Shown here: in pieces, positions 27,398 to 37,796 of the stretch
Numbering within the stretch: the stretch's first letter is position 1
Layout: every line of letters starts with the position of its first letter
Source: Dehalococcoidia bacterium
GTDB taxonomy: Bacteria; Chloroflexota; Dehalococcoidia; Bin125
Length of the DNA stretch: 64,000 bases
Assembly (NCBI GenBank): GCA_963662615.2
Contig: CAXXSR010000001.1
Coordinates: 1 to 64,000 of the forward strand
Direction of reading: 5' to 3'
The notes under the pieces: model-generated
The model's input: only the letters and a program-made list of their open reading frames with translations
Database searches by the model: none
What the model was told of the DNA's origin: nothing
Program-made: the position numbers and the translations under genes

Positions 27398-29077
27398 ATG
27401 TCGCGGGTGTATGAGATCGCTGATCGATACGTGGAGCAGTACGCGTCGCTCGACCCGCTTGCAGCCACGGCCATGGGTGTGGGGGGCCATGAGGACGAGA
27501 TGACCGACTTCTCCGCCGCCGGCGCCGAGGCGCGCGCTGCCCTGAGTCGGGAAACTCTGACGGCGCTCTCGCGGGCCCCAGCAGACGATCGGCCCGACCG
27601 GCTGGCCCGCGACCTCATGGTGGAGCCGCTGGAGCTTCGGCTCGCACTCCACGACGCCGGGGAGCACCTGCGCGACCTCAACGTCATCGCGTCTCCCATG
27701 CAGCGCATCCGCAGCAACTTCGACCTCATGGCCCGTTCCACGAAGGACGACTGGGCCAACATCGCAGCACGGATGCAGAAGGTGCCGGAGGGGCTAGCGG
27801 GGCTGCGTGCTGCTCTGGAGGGCGGTTTGGCGCGCCGGTTGCCGGTGGCGGCGCGGCAGGTCCGGGAGTGCGGCCGGCAAGCGGGGATCTGGAGTGGGGA
27901 GCAGCGGTCGACGCCGTCGTTTTTTGCATCGCTGGTGGACGCGTATGAGGGGACCGGCCTTGGAGACGCACAGTTGCGCGATGCGCTCGAGCGCGCGGCC
28001 CAGCGCGCCTCCCAGGGCTACGCCGACTTCCGCCAGTACCTGGAGCAAGAATACCTGCCGCAGGCGACGGATCGGGATGCGGTAGGGAGGGACCGCTACG
28101 CCCTGCGGGCGCGGGCGTTCACGGGTCTCACCCTGGACCTAGAGGAAACGTACGCGTGGGGGTGGGAGGAGGTCCGGCGGATTCAGGCGGCGATAGAAGA
28201 GACCGCGGCACGCATTGCGCCCGGGGCCGGCATTGGCGCCGCTATCGATCTCCTTGAAACCGACTCCGAGCGCGCCGTCGCAGGTGTCGAGCCCTTCCGG
28301 CAATGGATGCAAGAGCTGCAAGACGCAACCATTGCGGAGTTGGACGGCGAGCATTTCGACATCCCGAAGCCGGTGAGGCGACTTGAGGCGATGATCGCGC
28401 CGCCGGGCGGGGCGCTGGCAATGTATTACACCGGCCCGTCCGAGGACTTTCGTCGCCCGGGACGGACCTGGTATCCAACGGGTGGCCGAACGCGGTTTCC
28501 CCTTTGGCGTGAGGTTTCCATTGCCTATCACGAAGGGGTGCCCGGGCACCACTTGCAGATCGCTTATGCGCGCCATCTGCGCGACAAGCTGTCGCGCTAT
28601 CAGCGCTTGCTCGGAGGCACGTCCGGCTACATTGAAGGCTGGGCGCTCTATGCCGAGCGGCTGATGGGGGAGCTGGGCTATCTGGAGAATCCGGACTACT
28701 ACCTCGGCATGCTCAGCGCGCAGGCGTTGCGCGCGGCACGGGTCGTGGTGGACATAGGGTTGCACCTGGAGTTGCCTATTCCGGCGGGCGAAACGTTCCA
28801 TCCCGGCGCCATTTGGCATCCGGCACTCGCGCTGCCGTTCCTGGAGGAGCGCAGCCACGAGCGACGCGACTTTCTCGCCAGTGAAGTGGACCGGTACCTG
28901 GGCTGGCCCGGGCAGGCGATCAGCTACAAGGTCGGTGAGCGGGCGTGGTTGGCGGCGCGGGATGGGGCACGACTGCGCGGGGGCGAATCGTTCGATCTGA
29001 AGGGCTTCCACATGGAGGCGCTGGGCATGGGACCAATGGGCCTGGCGATGCTTCAGCGCGAGTTTGCGCCGGCCTAG
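27398..29077 (+). CDS. DUF885 family protein (putative metallopeptidase)
   Basis: YHEGVPGHHLQ, EGWALYAE, RAARVVVDIGLH, EVDRYLGWPGQAISYKVG. Confidence 0.93.
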   Translation: MSRVYEIADRYVEQYASLDPLAATAMGVGGHEDEMTDFSAAGAEARAALSRETLTALSRAPADDRPDRLARDLMVEPLELRLALHDAGEHLRDLNVIASPMQRIRSNFDLMARSTKDDWANIAARMQKVPEGLAGLRAALEGGLARRLPVAARQVRECGRQAGIWSGEQRSTPSFFASLVDAYEGTGLGDAQLRDALERAAQRASQGYADFRQYLEQEYLPQATDRDAVGRDRYALRARAFTGLTLDLEETYAWGWEEVRRIQAAIEETAARIAPGAGIGAAIDLLETDSERAVAGVEPFRQWMQELQDATIAELDGEHFDIPKPVRRLEAMIAPPGGALAMYYTGPSEDFRRPGRTWYPTGGRTRFPLWREVSIAYHEGVPGHHLQIAYARHLRDKLSRYQRLLGGTSGYIEGWALYAERLMGELGYLENPDYYLGMLSAQALRAARVVVDIGLHLELPIPAGETFHPGAIWHPALALPFLEERSHERRDFLASEVDRYLGWPGQAISYKVGERAWLAARDGARLRGGESFDLKGFHMEALGMGPMGLAMLQREFAPA

Positions 29078-29333
29078 GGCGACGGATGCCAGTGCTCAGT
29101 TGCCGCGGCACTCAGGCAATCGCAAGGGGGCGTCGCGGGGGGCCTCGCGCGCCGCCGGGCGGCCTTCGATCGAAGAGCTCGAAGTCCCGTGGCAATGGCA
29201 TGTATTGGGGTCGTTGAGCGTGCGGATGCTGCGACCGCTCCAGCGCGCTAGACTCCAGTTTGTTCGCCCAGCCCGCTAACCAGCGGTCGGGCGGACCGCC
29301 GGACGGGCGCATCGTGGGGAGGCCGAACGAACG

Positions 29334-30527
29334 ATGGCGACACAACGGCGCGATGCGGCCATCGTTGGCGTGTACGAATACCCTCGACGCCACGCGCCGG
29401 GCGTGAGCCCTCTCCAGATCAAAGCGGAGTGCGCGACACGGGCCTTAGAAGATGCCGGCCTCTCCTGGGCAGACGTGGACGCTATCTACGACGCGCAGGA
29501 GGCGAGCGGTGGGGCGGGGCAGAACGTCGCTGAATACTTCGCTATCAAGCCCAGCGTCATCGATACGACGGCGGTGGGAGGCAGTTCGTACGAATTGCAT
29601 GCTGCTCACGCCAAACGGGACATCGCGGCGGGGAAGGCGCGCGTGGCGCTGCTGACCTACGGCTCCACGTCCCGCAGCGCCGGCCGCGCGATCGGCACGG
29701 GCGTGCGCGGGGGCACGGGCGTCCCGGATGCGGCCGCGAACTTCGAGATCTCTTGGGGCCTTACGCTGATCGCCATGTATGCCATGACCGCGCAACGGCA
29801 CATGCACGAATACGGCACGACCAGCGAAGAGCTGGCGGAGATCGCAGTCGCCACCCGCGCTCACGCGATGCGCAATCCGGAGGCCGTGCGTGCCATGACG
29901 GACCTCGGGTTTCAGGATGTCGGCGAGATCACGGTGGATGATGTGGCGCATTCCCGCATGATCGCGGATCCGTTGCGCCTGCTGGATTGCTGCATGATCT
30001 CGGATGGCGGTGGAGCCGTCGTGATCGCGGCGCCCGAGGTTGCTCGAGAGTGCAAGCAGGTGCCTGTCTGGATCCTGGGGAGCGGAGAGGCGGCGGGGTA
30101 CCAGGAGAATGGCGGCGACATCACCACGAGCGCGGCGGCACAGGCGGGACCGGATGCGTTCGCCGAGGCTGGCGTGCGTCCGGATGAGATCGACATCGCG
30201 ATGATTTACGACTCATTCACGATCACGGTGCTGATCTGCCTGGAGGATCTGGGCTTCTGCAAGAAAGGAGAGGGAGGTGCCTGGGTCCGAGGAGACCGGT
30301 TGCGCTGGGACAGCACCATGAAACCCGCGCTGAACACGGACGGGGGGGGCCTCTCATCGAACCATCCGGGGATGCGCGGCCTCTTCCTCCTTGTGGAAGC
30401 GACTCGGCAGTTGCGGGGGCAATCGACGTCGCAAGTTGAAGGCGCGAGATTGGCCGTGGCGCATGGCAACGGCGGGCGCCTGGGGAGCCGCCACGCGGCC
30501 GGCACAATCATCCTGGCGAGGGATTAG
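29334..30527 (+). CDS. SCP2/Ltp2-type thiolase-superfamily protein
   Basis: GGSSY in place of the catalytic Cys, DCCMISDGG, IYDSFT, NTDGGGLS. Confidence 0.9.
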   Translation: MATQRRDAAIVGVYEYPRRHAPGVSPLQIKAECATRALEDAGLSWADVDAIYDAQEASGGAGQNVAEYFAIKPSVIDTTAVGGSSYELHAAHAKRDIAAGKARVALLTYGSTSRSAGRAIGTGVRGGTGVPDAAANFEISWGLTLIAMYAMTAQRHMHEYGTTSEELAEIAVATRAHAMRNPEAVRAMTDLGFQDVGEITVDDVAHSRMIADPLRLLDCCMISDGGGAVVIAAPEVARECKQVPVWILGSGEAAGYQENGGDITTSAAAQAGPDAFAEAGVRPDEIDIAMIYDSFTITVLICLEDLGFCKKGEGGAWVRGDRLRWDSTMKPALNTDGGGLSSNHPGMRGLFLLVEATRQLRGQSTSQVEGARLAVAHGNGGRLGSRHAAGTIILARD

Positions 30528-30529
30528 CC

Positions 30530-30943
30530 ATGACGGATGCACAACGTCCGCTTCCGAGCCTGGATGACCCCGACAGCCGGCCCTTCTGGGAGGCCACCAA
30601 GAATCATGAAATCCGTTACCAGGCATGCGACGAATGCAGCGGCGTGGTCTTTTATCCGCGGAGTCGCTGCACGCACTGTCTCAGCCTCAAATTGAGCTGG
30701 CACATTTCGAGGGGCGAAGGCACGATCTACACATTCAGCGTGATCCGGCAGAGTCGCCATCCTGCCTTTAAAGACAAGGCTCCGTACGCCGTTGCGATGG
30801 TCGATCTGGATGAGGGCGTGCGTCTGCTGACGAACATCGTCGGCGTCGACGATCCGGTCGGGGAGATCCACATCGGGCAGCGCGTCGTGGTGGCGTGGGA
30901 AGACCACGAGGAACTGTCCGTGCCGTTGTTCCGGCCTGCATAA
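30530..30943 (+). CDS. DUF35 Zn-ribbon/OB-fold protein
   Basis: PFWEA, CDEC..CTHC, GTIYTFS, PY, VDLDEG, PLFRP; directly after the thiolase. Confidence 0.92.
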   Translation: MTDAQRPLPSLDDPDSRPFWEATKNHEIRYQACDECSGVVFYPRSRCTHCLSLKLSWHISRGEGTIYTFSVIRQSRHPAFKDKAPYAVAMVDLDEGVRLLTNIVGVDDPVGEIHIGQRVVVAWEDHEELSVPLFRPA

Positions 30944-31106
30944 GCTGCGCTGCGCGGTGCTTCGTCGAGCCGAGCGGGCTGCCGGCGGCGGCGGCCGTAA
31001 ACCTGGAGAGTAGGGTAGTGGGCCGGGCCGAGCGCTGCACTTGTCAGCGTCGCCGCTTGGCACGACCCTTGGCCTTGACCCCCCCAAGCTGGAAAGAAGG
31101 CTCGAC

Positions 31107-31574
31107 GTGGCTGCCGAGGTTGGCCAGAAGGCCCCCGCATTTCGCCTCCGGAATCAGGATGATGAGTCGGTCTCCCTGGGCGATTACGCCAGAGAGCGCC
31201 TTATCGTCTTCTTCTACCCCAAGGCGTTCACCCCGGGGTGCACCACGGAGGCATGCGACTTCCGTGACACTCACGTCCCTTTGCAGCGGGCGGGCTTCGC
31301 GATTGTCGGGATCAGCCCCGATCCTGTCGAACGCCTGGCGGAGTTCCGCGTCGAGTACGGCTTGCCCTACCCCTTGCTCTCCGACAGCGACCACGAGGTG
31401 GCCGCGGCCTTCGGCGCTTGGGGCATGAAGAAGAACTACGGACGGGAGTACGAAGGGCTCATTCGCTCCACCTTTGTGATCGATGCTGAGGGGACGGTGG
31501 AGCGGGCGTACACGAACGTCCGCGCGAAGGGTCATGTGGCCAACCTGGGACGGGAGCTGCTGGGCCGGCGCTGA
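31107..31574 (+). CDS. bcp: BCP/PrxQ thiol peroxidase
   Basis: FYPKAFTPGCTTEACDFRD, GISPD, RSTFVID. Confidence 0.95.
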   Translation: MAAEVGQKAPAFRLRNQDDESVSLGDYARERLIVFFYPKAFTPGCTTEACDFRDTHVPLQRAGFAIVGISPDPVERLAEFRVEYGLPYPLLSDSDHEVAAAFGAWGMKKNYGREYEGLIRSTFVIDAEGTVERAYTNVRAKGHVANLGRELLGRR

Positions 31575-31662
31575 TATCGATGACGGGGTGCGGGTGCGGA
31601 CCATGGGGCGGACCGCGCGCCCCCTCGGTAGTTCCTTCACGAACTTTTATCGTGCCCGGAAG

Positions 31663-32433
31663 CTAGGCGTCGCGCAAAACGAGCGTGACCGGGGCGCGGT
31701 CGGATGGCTTATGGCCCGCACGCTCCTCCACGTCGATCTCCACATCTTCGGCGCGGGCAAGGAGGGGCGCTGTCACCAGATGATGGTCGACTCGCAGCCC
31801 CGTGCCGCGCTGGAACATCGCGCCGCGGAAATCCCACCAGGTGAAGCGGCCGGGCTCGTCATGGAAGTGGCGGAAGGCGTCAATGAGGCCTAGCTGGATC
31901 AGCGCGGCGAAGCGCGCCCGTTCCGGCGTGCTGCAAAGGATGCGTTCTCGCCAGCTTTCCGGGTCGTAGACATCCCGATCGTCCGGGGCAATATTGAAAT
32001 CCCCGCAAAGGACCGCGGGCTCGTTGGGCTTGAGGGCCCGGTCAAACCAGGCATGTAAGCGGTCGAGCCATTCCAGCTTGTAGGTGTACTTTTCGCTTCC
32101 CACCTCCGACCCTTGTGGCACGTAGACATTAACGACGCGGATGCCGGCAACGGAGACGGCGAGGCCGCGCACTTGTGCGTCCTGCGGCCAGGGGATCGCC
32201 GTCGTAGCGTCGCGCGGGGCTTCCAACGACGCCGTGGCCACGCCGTTGTACGTCTTCTGCCCGTGGATGGAGAGGTAGTAGCCGAGCGTCTCGAAGCCGT
32301 CGTAGGGAAATTGTTCTTCGGTGCACTTGATCTCCTGCATGCAGAGCACGTCCGGGCACTCGTGCTCCAGCCAGTTGAGCACACGATTCTCCCGCGCTCG
32401 GATGGAGTTCACGTTCCAGGTGACGATCCGCAT
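31663..32433 (-). CDS. xth: exodeoxyribonuclease III / AP endonuclease
   Basis: TWNVNSIR, QEIK, YNGVA, GDFN, TWWD; final motif reads SDRAP rather than SDHAP. Confidence 0.93.
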   Translation of the reverse strand: MRIVTWNVNSIRARENRVLNWLEHECPDVLCMQEIKCTEEQFPYDGFETLGYYLSIHGQKTYNGVATASLEAPRDATTAIPWPQDAQVRGLAVSVAGIRVVNVYVPQGSEVGSEKYTYKLEWLDRLHAWFDRALKPNEPAVLCGDFNIAPDDRDVYDPESWRERILCSTPERARFAALIQLGLIDAFRHFHDEPGRFTWWDFRGAMFQRGTGLRVDHHLVTAPLLARAEDVEIDVEERAGHKPSDRAPVTLVLRDA

Positions 32434-32506
32434 GGGGACCCATCCTGATGCATGACGGCATTCGAAAGGGGTGGCCGGCGACGGTCAGTCAATGCGTGGC
32501 GCGCAA

Positions 32507-33352
32507 TCAGGAGAGCTTCCGAGCGATGTCGGCGTACTGATCCAGAATCGGCAAGACCGTTGCAGCGTCGGCCGGGGGTAGGGCGAAGATCAGCCGCTGG
32601 AATCCCATCTCGATGTAGTCCCGCGCCTTTGCCTCGTCCGGACTAAAGCTGAGGACCGAGAGGTGAATCGTATCCATGGAGCGGCCCGCGCGATCCGCCG
32701 CCGCGCGCAGCTCTTCGAGTTCGGCGCGGATCTCGCCGCGGCCTTCAATGGGGAGCCAGCCGTCGCAATAGTCGACGACACGGTCGTAGGCCCACTTCGA
32801 TTGCGCCCCCAAGATGACGGGAGGACCGCCGGGCTGCACGGGTTTGGGATACGCCCAGAGTCGATCGAAATTCACGTATTCGCCGTGAAATTCGGCTTCC
32901 TCTTCGCTCCAGATCGCGCGCATCGCAAGAACGCGCTCACGGGTGACCTTCCACCGCTCCTTAAACGCGACGCCATGATCCCCCATCTCTTCGGCGTTCC
33001 AGCCGGCGCCGATGCCGAGGATGAAGCGGCCGTTGGACAGCGTGTCGAGCGAGGCCGCGAGCTTGGCGAGCACGATCGGATCATGCTCGGGAACCAGGCA
33101 GATGGCGGTGCCCAGCTTGATCCGTTCGGTGACCGCCGCGGCCGCGCTGAGCGCCAGGAATGGGTCGTGCAGGTGCCAGTACTCCTGGGGCAAGTCGCCG
33201 CCGCTTGGCCGTTGGGAAATGCGGCTCGCGGGGATGTGCGTGTGCTCGGGGAAGAAGATCGATTCGAAGCCCCGCTCCTCGGCGGCCTGGGCCAGCTCTG
33301 CCGGATGAATCGCGTAGTCCGTAGCGAATATGAAGACGCCAACGTCAGCCAC
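32507..33352 (-). CDS. LLM-class F420-dependent oxidoreductase
   Basis: AEERGFESIFFPEHTHIP, DPF, LGIGAGWNAEE, PKPVQ, DGWLP. Confidence 0.92.
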   Translation of the reverse strand: MADVGVFIFATDYAIHPAELAQAAEERGFESIFFPEHTHIPASRISQRPSGGDLPQEYWHLHDPFLALSAAAAVTERIKLGTAICLVPEHDPIVLAKLAASLDTLSNGRFILGIGAGWNAEEMGDHGVAFKERWKVTRERVLAMRAIWSEEEAEFHGEYVNFDRLWAYPKPVQPGGPPVILGAQSKWAYDRVVDYCDGWLPIEGRGEIRAELEELRAAADRAGRSMDTIHLSVLSFSPDEAKARDYIEMGFQRLIFALPPADAATVLPILDQYADIARKLS

Positions 33353-33473
33353 CGTTCGTCCTCCTTCGTCGCGCCCTTGGGTCCCCGCAGGATAGCGGCC
33401 CCGAGGACTCTGCGCCGCCGCCGCCCTCGTCGCTATCATGGCGCTCCACACGAGTGGGGTGGGGAGGATCGCA

Positions 33474-33756
33474 ATGGCGGATCAGGGACCATCGACCGGG
33501 GAGGAGCTTCGGCGCGTGCTCACAGAGCGCAGCAACTGGGGGCGCTGGGGTGCAGACGATCAGGTAGGGGCGATGAACCTGATCAGCCCTGAGAAGCGGA
33601 AGTGGGCGGTCGGCGTCGTAACCAGTGGGCGGACCGTGTCTCTGAGCCGTCTCTTTCCGAAGCAGCCCGGGCCGCTCTGTGTTCATGATCATGGTTCTGC
33701 CGCTGCCGGTGGAAGGGGGCACGGGGAGTCCCGTCAACCCTATCGTCATGTTCTAG
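33474..33756 (+). pseudogene. cyclase-family (kynurenine formamidase-like) gene with a large internal deletion
   Basis: N-terminal SNWGRWGADDQVGAMNLI joined out of frame to C-terminal PLPVEGGTGSPVNPIVMF; catalytic middle absent. Confidence 0.82.
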
Positions 33757-33929
33757 GCTTCTGATGGCGGAACTCGCTGCTCACGTGCGGAGGACGCCGA
33801 TCGCGGCTGACCTTCGGCGCAGGCCGCCGTATCGATGAGCCAACGGCGCGCTCCGGCGAGATTGACGCGCTGGGCGTCCCCGTCGATACTCGGCGTACCC
33901 CGCAGCGGAATTCGGAAAGGAGATCGCCA

Positions 33930-34880
33930 ATGGTGACAGCGCTTGGAAGTGGAACGTTCACCTATGAGGCGCTCGCGACGTGGGAGAAGCTGCCCGACGG
34001 CGTGACCCTCAAGGAGACGCCCGGCGTTGCGGTGGGCGCCAACGACACCGTCTATCTACTCACCCGCAACATCGACCATCCAGTCATGGTTCTGGACAGC
34101 GAAGGCAACTTCCTGCGCTCTTTCGGGGCGGGAACGTTCAGCGGGCGCACACACGGGATTCTCACGGCTCCCGACGGCACCATCTACTGCGCCGACGACG
34201 GCACGCACACGATCACGCGGTGGTCGCCGGAAGGAGAGCTGCTCTTCACGATTGGGACACCGGGCCAGCCAGCGACGAAATGGGGTGGCGAGCCGTTCAA
34301 TCGTCCCACGCACGCCGCCGTCTCGCCCCGCAGCGGAAACATCTATGTGAGCGACGGCTACGGGAACTCCCGCATTCATAAGTACACGCCGGACGGCCGC
34401 CTCCTGCTCTCCTGGGGCGAGCCCGGCATTGACGCGGGTCAGTTCATCCGTCCGCACAACATCGCCGTCGACGACGAGGATCTCGTCTACGTGGCCGATC
34501 GCGAATGTCATCGGGTCCAGATCTTCGATGCTGACGGCAAGTTCTTGACAATGTGGAACAACATCCACCGCCCCGACGGGATGACGCTGGGCTCGGACGG
34601 CAACATTTACATCGGGGAGTTGAACGGCATCACCGGCGTGGACGACGCCCCAGGGTTGGGTCACCGCGTCAGCATCTACAACCGTGACGGCGAGCTCCTC
34701 GCCCGTTTTGGCGATCCCGAAGAGGGCGAAGCTCCGGGGCAGTTCATGGCGCCCCACGGCATTGCGGTGGACTCCCGCGGCGATATCTACGTGGGCGAAG
34801 TCTCGTTCACGATGCGTGGCAGCCATCTGGACCCGCCCCGCGAATTGAAGAGCTTGACGAAGCTCCGCAAGTTGACCTAG
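33930..34880 (+). CDS. NHL-repeat protein (peptidyl-alpha-hydroxyglycine lyase-like)
   Basis: FNRPTH, YVSDGYGNSRI, GQFIRPHNI, YVADRE, GQFMAPHGI. Confidence 0.9.
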   Translation: MVTALGSGTFTYEALATWEKLPDGVTLKETPGVAVGANDTVYLLTRNIDHPVMVLDSEGNFLRSFGAGTFSGRTHGILTAPDGTIYCADDGTHTITRWSPEGELLFTIGTPGQPATKWGGEPFNRPTHAAVSPRSGNIYVSDGYGNSRIHKYTPDGRLLLSWGEPGIDAGQFIRPHNIAVDDEDLVYVADRECHRVQIFDADGKFLTMWNNIHRPDGMTLGSDGNIYIGELNGITGVDDAPGLGHRVSIYNRDGELLARFGDPEEGEAPGQFMAPHGIAVDSRGDIYVGEVSFTMRGSHLDPPRELKSLTKLRKLT

Positions 34881-35037
34881 CAGCGGCGGCGACCCGAGAG
34901 CGGGCCCGCTTTCTCTGGGCGAGTCCCGCCGCAGGGGCGGGACTCGCGGCCTCTTGCCACCGAGACGACGGGGCAAGGGAGCCGGTGATTGCTCACGCGG
35001 TTCCGGCCCGCCGATTCGGCGCCGGCCGTCCTCCGGC

Positions 35038-37542
35038 TCAGCCTTTGCCCCGCTCGCGACCTGTCGGCGTCGCGGCCCGTTCCGTAGGTGGCTCTTCCCC
35101 TCGCTCCGCTGCCCCATACTCGACGGTGGCGGGCGCGGTGACCATCGGCCGCATCTCCTTCAAGGCCGCCATCACTTTGCCGAAGATGGTGTCCGGCAGG
35201 TCCTTGTGGTCCGCGTCGACTGTCCCAGCGGGCATGTTGGTGAGCAGTTCCAACCCCTCCTCGACTCGCGAGACGGCCCAGAGCTGGAACTGGCCTTCGG
35301 CCACGGCCCGGACGACATCTTCGCGCAGTGTCAAATTGATGGTGTTCGCGGCGGGGATGACCACGCCTTGGCTGCCGGTCAACCCTACCTCCCGGCAGAC
35401 GTCGAAGAAGCCTTCCACTTTCTGAGTCACGCCCCCGACCGGCTGAATGTTGCCGAATTGATCGACGGATCCGGTCACTGCGATGTCTTGCCGCATGGGA
35501 ACCTGCGCCAATGATGTGAGGATGGCGTACAGCTCAGCGGAGGAGGCGCTGTCGCCGTCCACTTCGTCGTAGCTCTGCTCGAACGTCACGCTGGCGGAGA
35601 AGGAGAGCGGGCGCTCGCGCCCGAACGTGCCCATGAGGTAGCCGCTGAGGACGAGCACGCCCTTGCTGTGAATGGCGCCGCTGCGTTCAACCTCGCGCTC
35701 AATGTTGACGACGCCCAGGCTGCCCGCTCCCGTGCGACAGGTGATCCGGGTCGGTGTGCCAAAGGCGTGGCTTCCCACCTGATACACCGCCAGCCCGTTG
35801 ACCTGGCCCATGACGGCGCCCGTGGTCTCGATATGGAGCGTGCCTTCAGCGATCAGCCGACGCAGGCGGACCGGAATGAGATCGGAACGGCGGGTCCTTG
35901 CAGCAATGGCGCTCCGCACGTGACCGGCTGTCACCACGGTCGCTTCTTCATTGTGCGCCAGTTGGTTCGCCTCTTCACACAGATCGGCGATGGTCCCGTA
36001 TCGCGTACTCAGGCGATCCTGCCGCCCGGCGAGACGGTTGCCGTAGCGGAGCACCTCCACCAGGGCGCCGCGCTCGAACTGACGGAGTGAGCAGACGTCG
36101 CAGGCGCGCCGCACAAACGACGCGTAGGAGCGAGTCGCCGACTCATCATTGGCCGCATCCGGCTCGAACTCTGCCCGGATCTTGAAGAGTTCGGAGAAGT
36201 CCGGGTCCACCGCTTCCAGCATCGCGAGCATGTGCTGCGGGCCCACCAGTATGACCTTGAGATCGAGCGGGATCGGCTCCGGGACAAGGTTCACGGTGGG
36301 CAGCGGCGTCAGGACCTCGCCAATGTCCTCCACGCGGATCTGCTTGCTCTTCAGCGACCGCTTGAGCTTGATCCAAGAGCGCGGATCGCTGAGCAGATCC
36401 GGTGCCTGCAATATCAGGTAGCCGCCGTTGGCTGTGTGCAGGGCCCCTGGCCGAATCAGGGTAAAATCCGTCGTCAGCGATCCGAAGCGGGGCTGGTAGT
36501 CAAGACGTCCGAAGAGGTTGTAGTAGGTTGGTTGCCGCTCATCAATGACCGGCGCACCCTTCGCGGGCTCATCGCCGTGGGTGATGAACAGGTTCACCTC
36601 ATAGCGCCGAAAAAGACGCTCACGCTCATCGTCGGCGACACCGGGCGGTCCAAGCTGGGTCTGGTCTCGTCCTTGCGGAGTCGCGGCCTTCAGTGTCTCA
36701 ATGTTGGCCAAGATGTCAGCTTCAATGGCGTTGAAGTGCTTGACCAGATCGGGCTGCGGATACTTGCCGCGCAGATCGTCGAGGAGCGGCCCGACCACGA
36801 AGCGGGTGACGTCCTTGTCGAGCGTCTCGATCGCTTCGCGCGCCCGTGTGTCCAGGCGCCGTAGATCCCTCACCGTGTCCGACACGCTCTCCTGGACGCG
36901 ACGGCCGCGTTCGTCCAGCTCTTGGCGCTGGTCTTCGGACAGTTGATTGATCTGTTCCGCCGGGATCGGTGCACCGTCCCGCCCGCGGGGCGCGGAGACG
37001 AAGCCCATGGGGGTGACATTGACCAGGAAGCCGTGCTCGTCGGCGGTGCGCCGCAGGGCGCCCAGCGCCTCCTCGCGCTCCGTCGTGAACGGCGCAAGAG
37101 TCTGCCGGCTCCGCTCTTGGTACGAATCGCTCTCGAAGGCCTTGGGAATCTCCTTGCGGATGACGTCCACGAGTTGGGCGAGCTCCCGCCTGAGGTCATC
37201 GCCCAGGCCCGACGGCAGCGCGACGCTCCTGGGACGGTAGGCCTCGTCGAAGTTGTGGAGGTAGCACCAGTCCTGCACAGGCGGTTTGGCCGCGGCTGCC
37301 TCGTCCACGAGCAGGTGGACGGCGGTGTTGCGGCCGGAGGAGGGCGGCCCTGAGACGGCGATGTTGTAGCCTTCAGCATCAACCGCGAGGCCGAAGGCGA
37401 TCGCCTCCAGTGCGCGGTCCTGGCCGGTCACCCGATCGAGCGGTTCGATATCAGCGGTGCTAGCGGGCAGCAGTTCTTCTGGATATTGGGCCCGGAGATC
37501 CTTCGGGCCCAGCGCCTGGGCCTGACTGATCGGTGTCGCCAT
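35038..37542 (-). CDS. Lon-family (LonC-type) protease
   Basis: GQDRA, DWCYLHNF, GALHTANGGYL, GQVNGL, FEQSY, DGDSASSAE (Ser), GGVTQKVEGF (Lys). Confidence 0.93.
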   Translation of the reverse strand: MATPISQAQALGPKDLRAQYPEELLPASTADIEPLDRVTGQDRALEAIAFGLAVDAEGYNIAVSGPPSSGRNTAVHLLVDEAAAAKPPVQDWCYLHNFDEAYRPRSVALPSGLGDDLRRELAQLVDVIRKEIPKAFESDSYQERSRQTLAPFTTEREEALGALRRTADEHGFLVNVTPMGFVSAPRGRDGAPIPAEQINQLSEDQRQELDERGRRVQESVSDTVRDLRRLDTRAREAIETLDKDVTRFVVGPLLDDLRGKYPQPDLVKHFNAIEADILANIETLKAATPQGRDQTQLGPPGVADDERERLFRRYEVNLFITHGDEPAKGAPVIDERQPTYYNLFGRLDYQPRFGSLTTDFTLIRPGALHTANGGYLILQAPDLLSDPRSWIKLKRSLKSKQIRVEDIGEVLTPLPTVNLVPEPIPLDLKVILVGPQHMLAMLEAVDPDFSELFKIRAEFEPDAANDESATRSYASFVRRACDVCSLRQFERGALVEVLRYGNRLAGRQDRLSTRYGTIADLCEEANQLAHNEEATVVTAGHVRSAIAARTRRSDLIPVRLRRLIAEGTLHIETTGAVMGQVNGLAVYQVGSHAFGTPTRITCRTGAGSLGVVNIEREVERSGAIHSKGVLVLSGYLMGTFGRERPLSFSASVTFEQSYDEVDGDSASSAELYAILTSLAQVPMRQDIAVTGSVDQFGNIQPVGGVTQKVEGFFDVCREVGLTGSQGVVIPAANTINLTLREDVVRAVAEGQFQLWAVSRVEEGLELLTNMPAGTVDADHKDLPDTIFGKVMAALKEMRPMVTAPATVEYGAAERGEEPPTERAATPTGRERGKG

Positions 37543-37796
37543 GGTCCGCCCTCCAGTGCCGCTGACCGTGCGCTCCCTCGCGATAGCTCGAAGATAGTAC
37601 GGCACGGCGCCGGGCCGCGCGGCCGGGCGGTGACGGCGCATCGGTCTTGGTGACCAACCCACGCGGCGCAATCCAGCGTGACTCTCGGGCTCCGCGGTGG
37701 TATTGCGCCCTGAGGGGGCGCGGGTCGCCGCCAAGCTCTGGCTGGGCCCACGCTGGGGAAGCATCCATTGACCGGGGAATCCCTGTTCGACTTACA

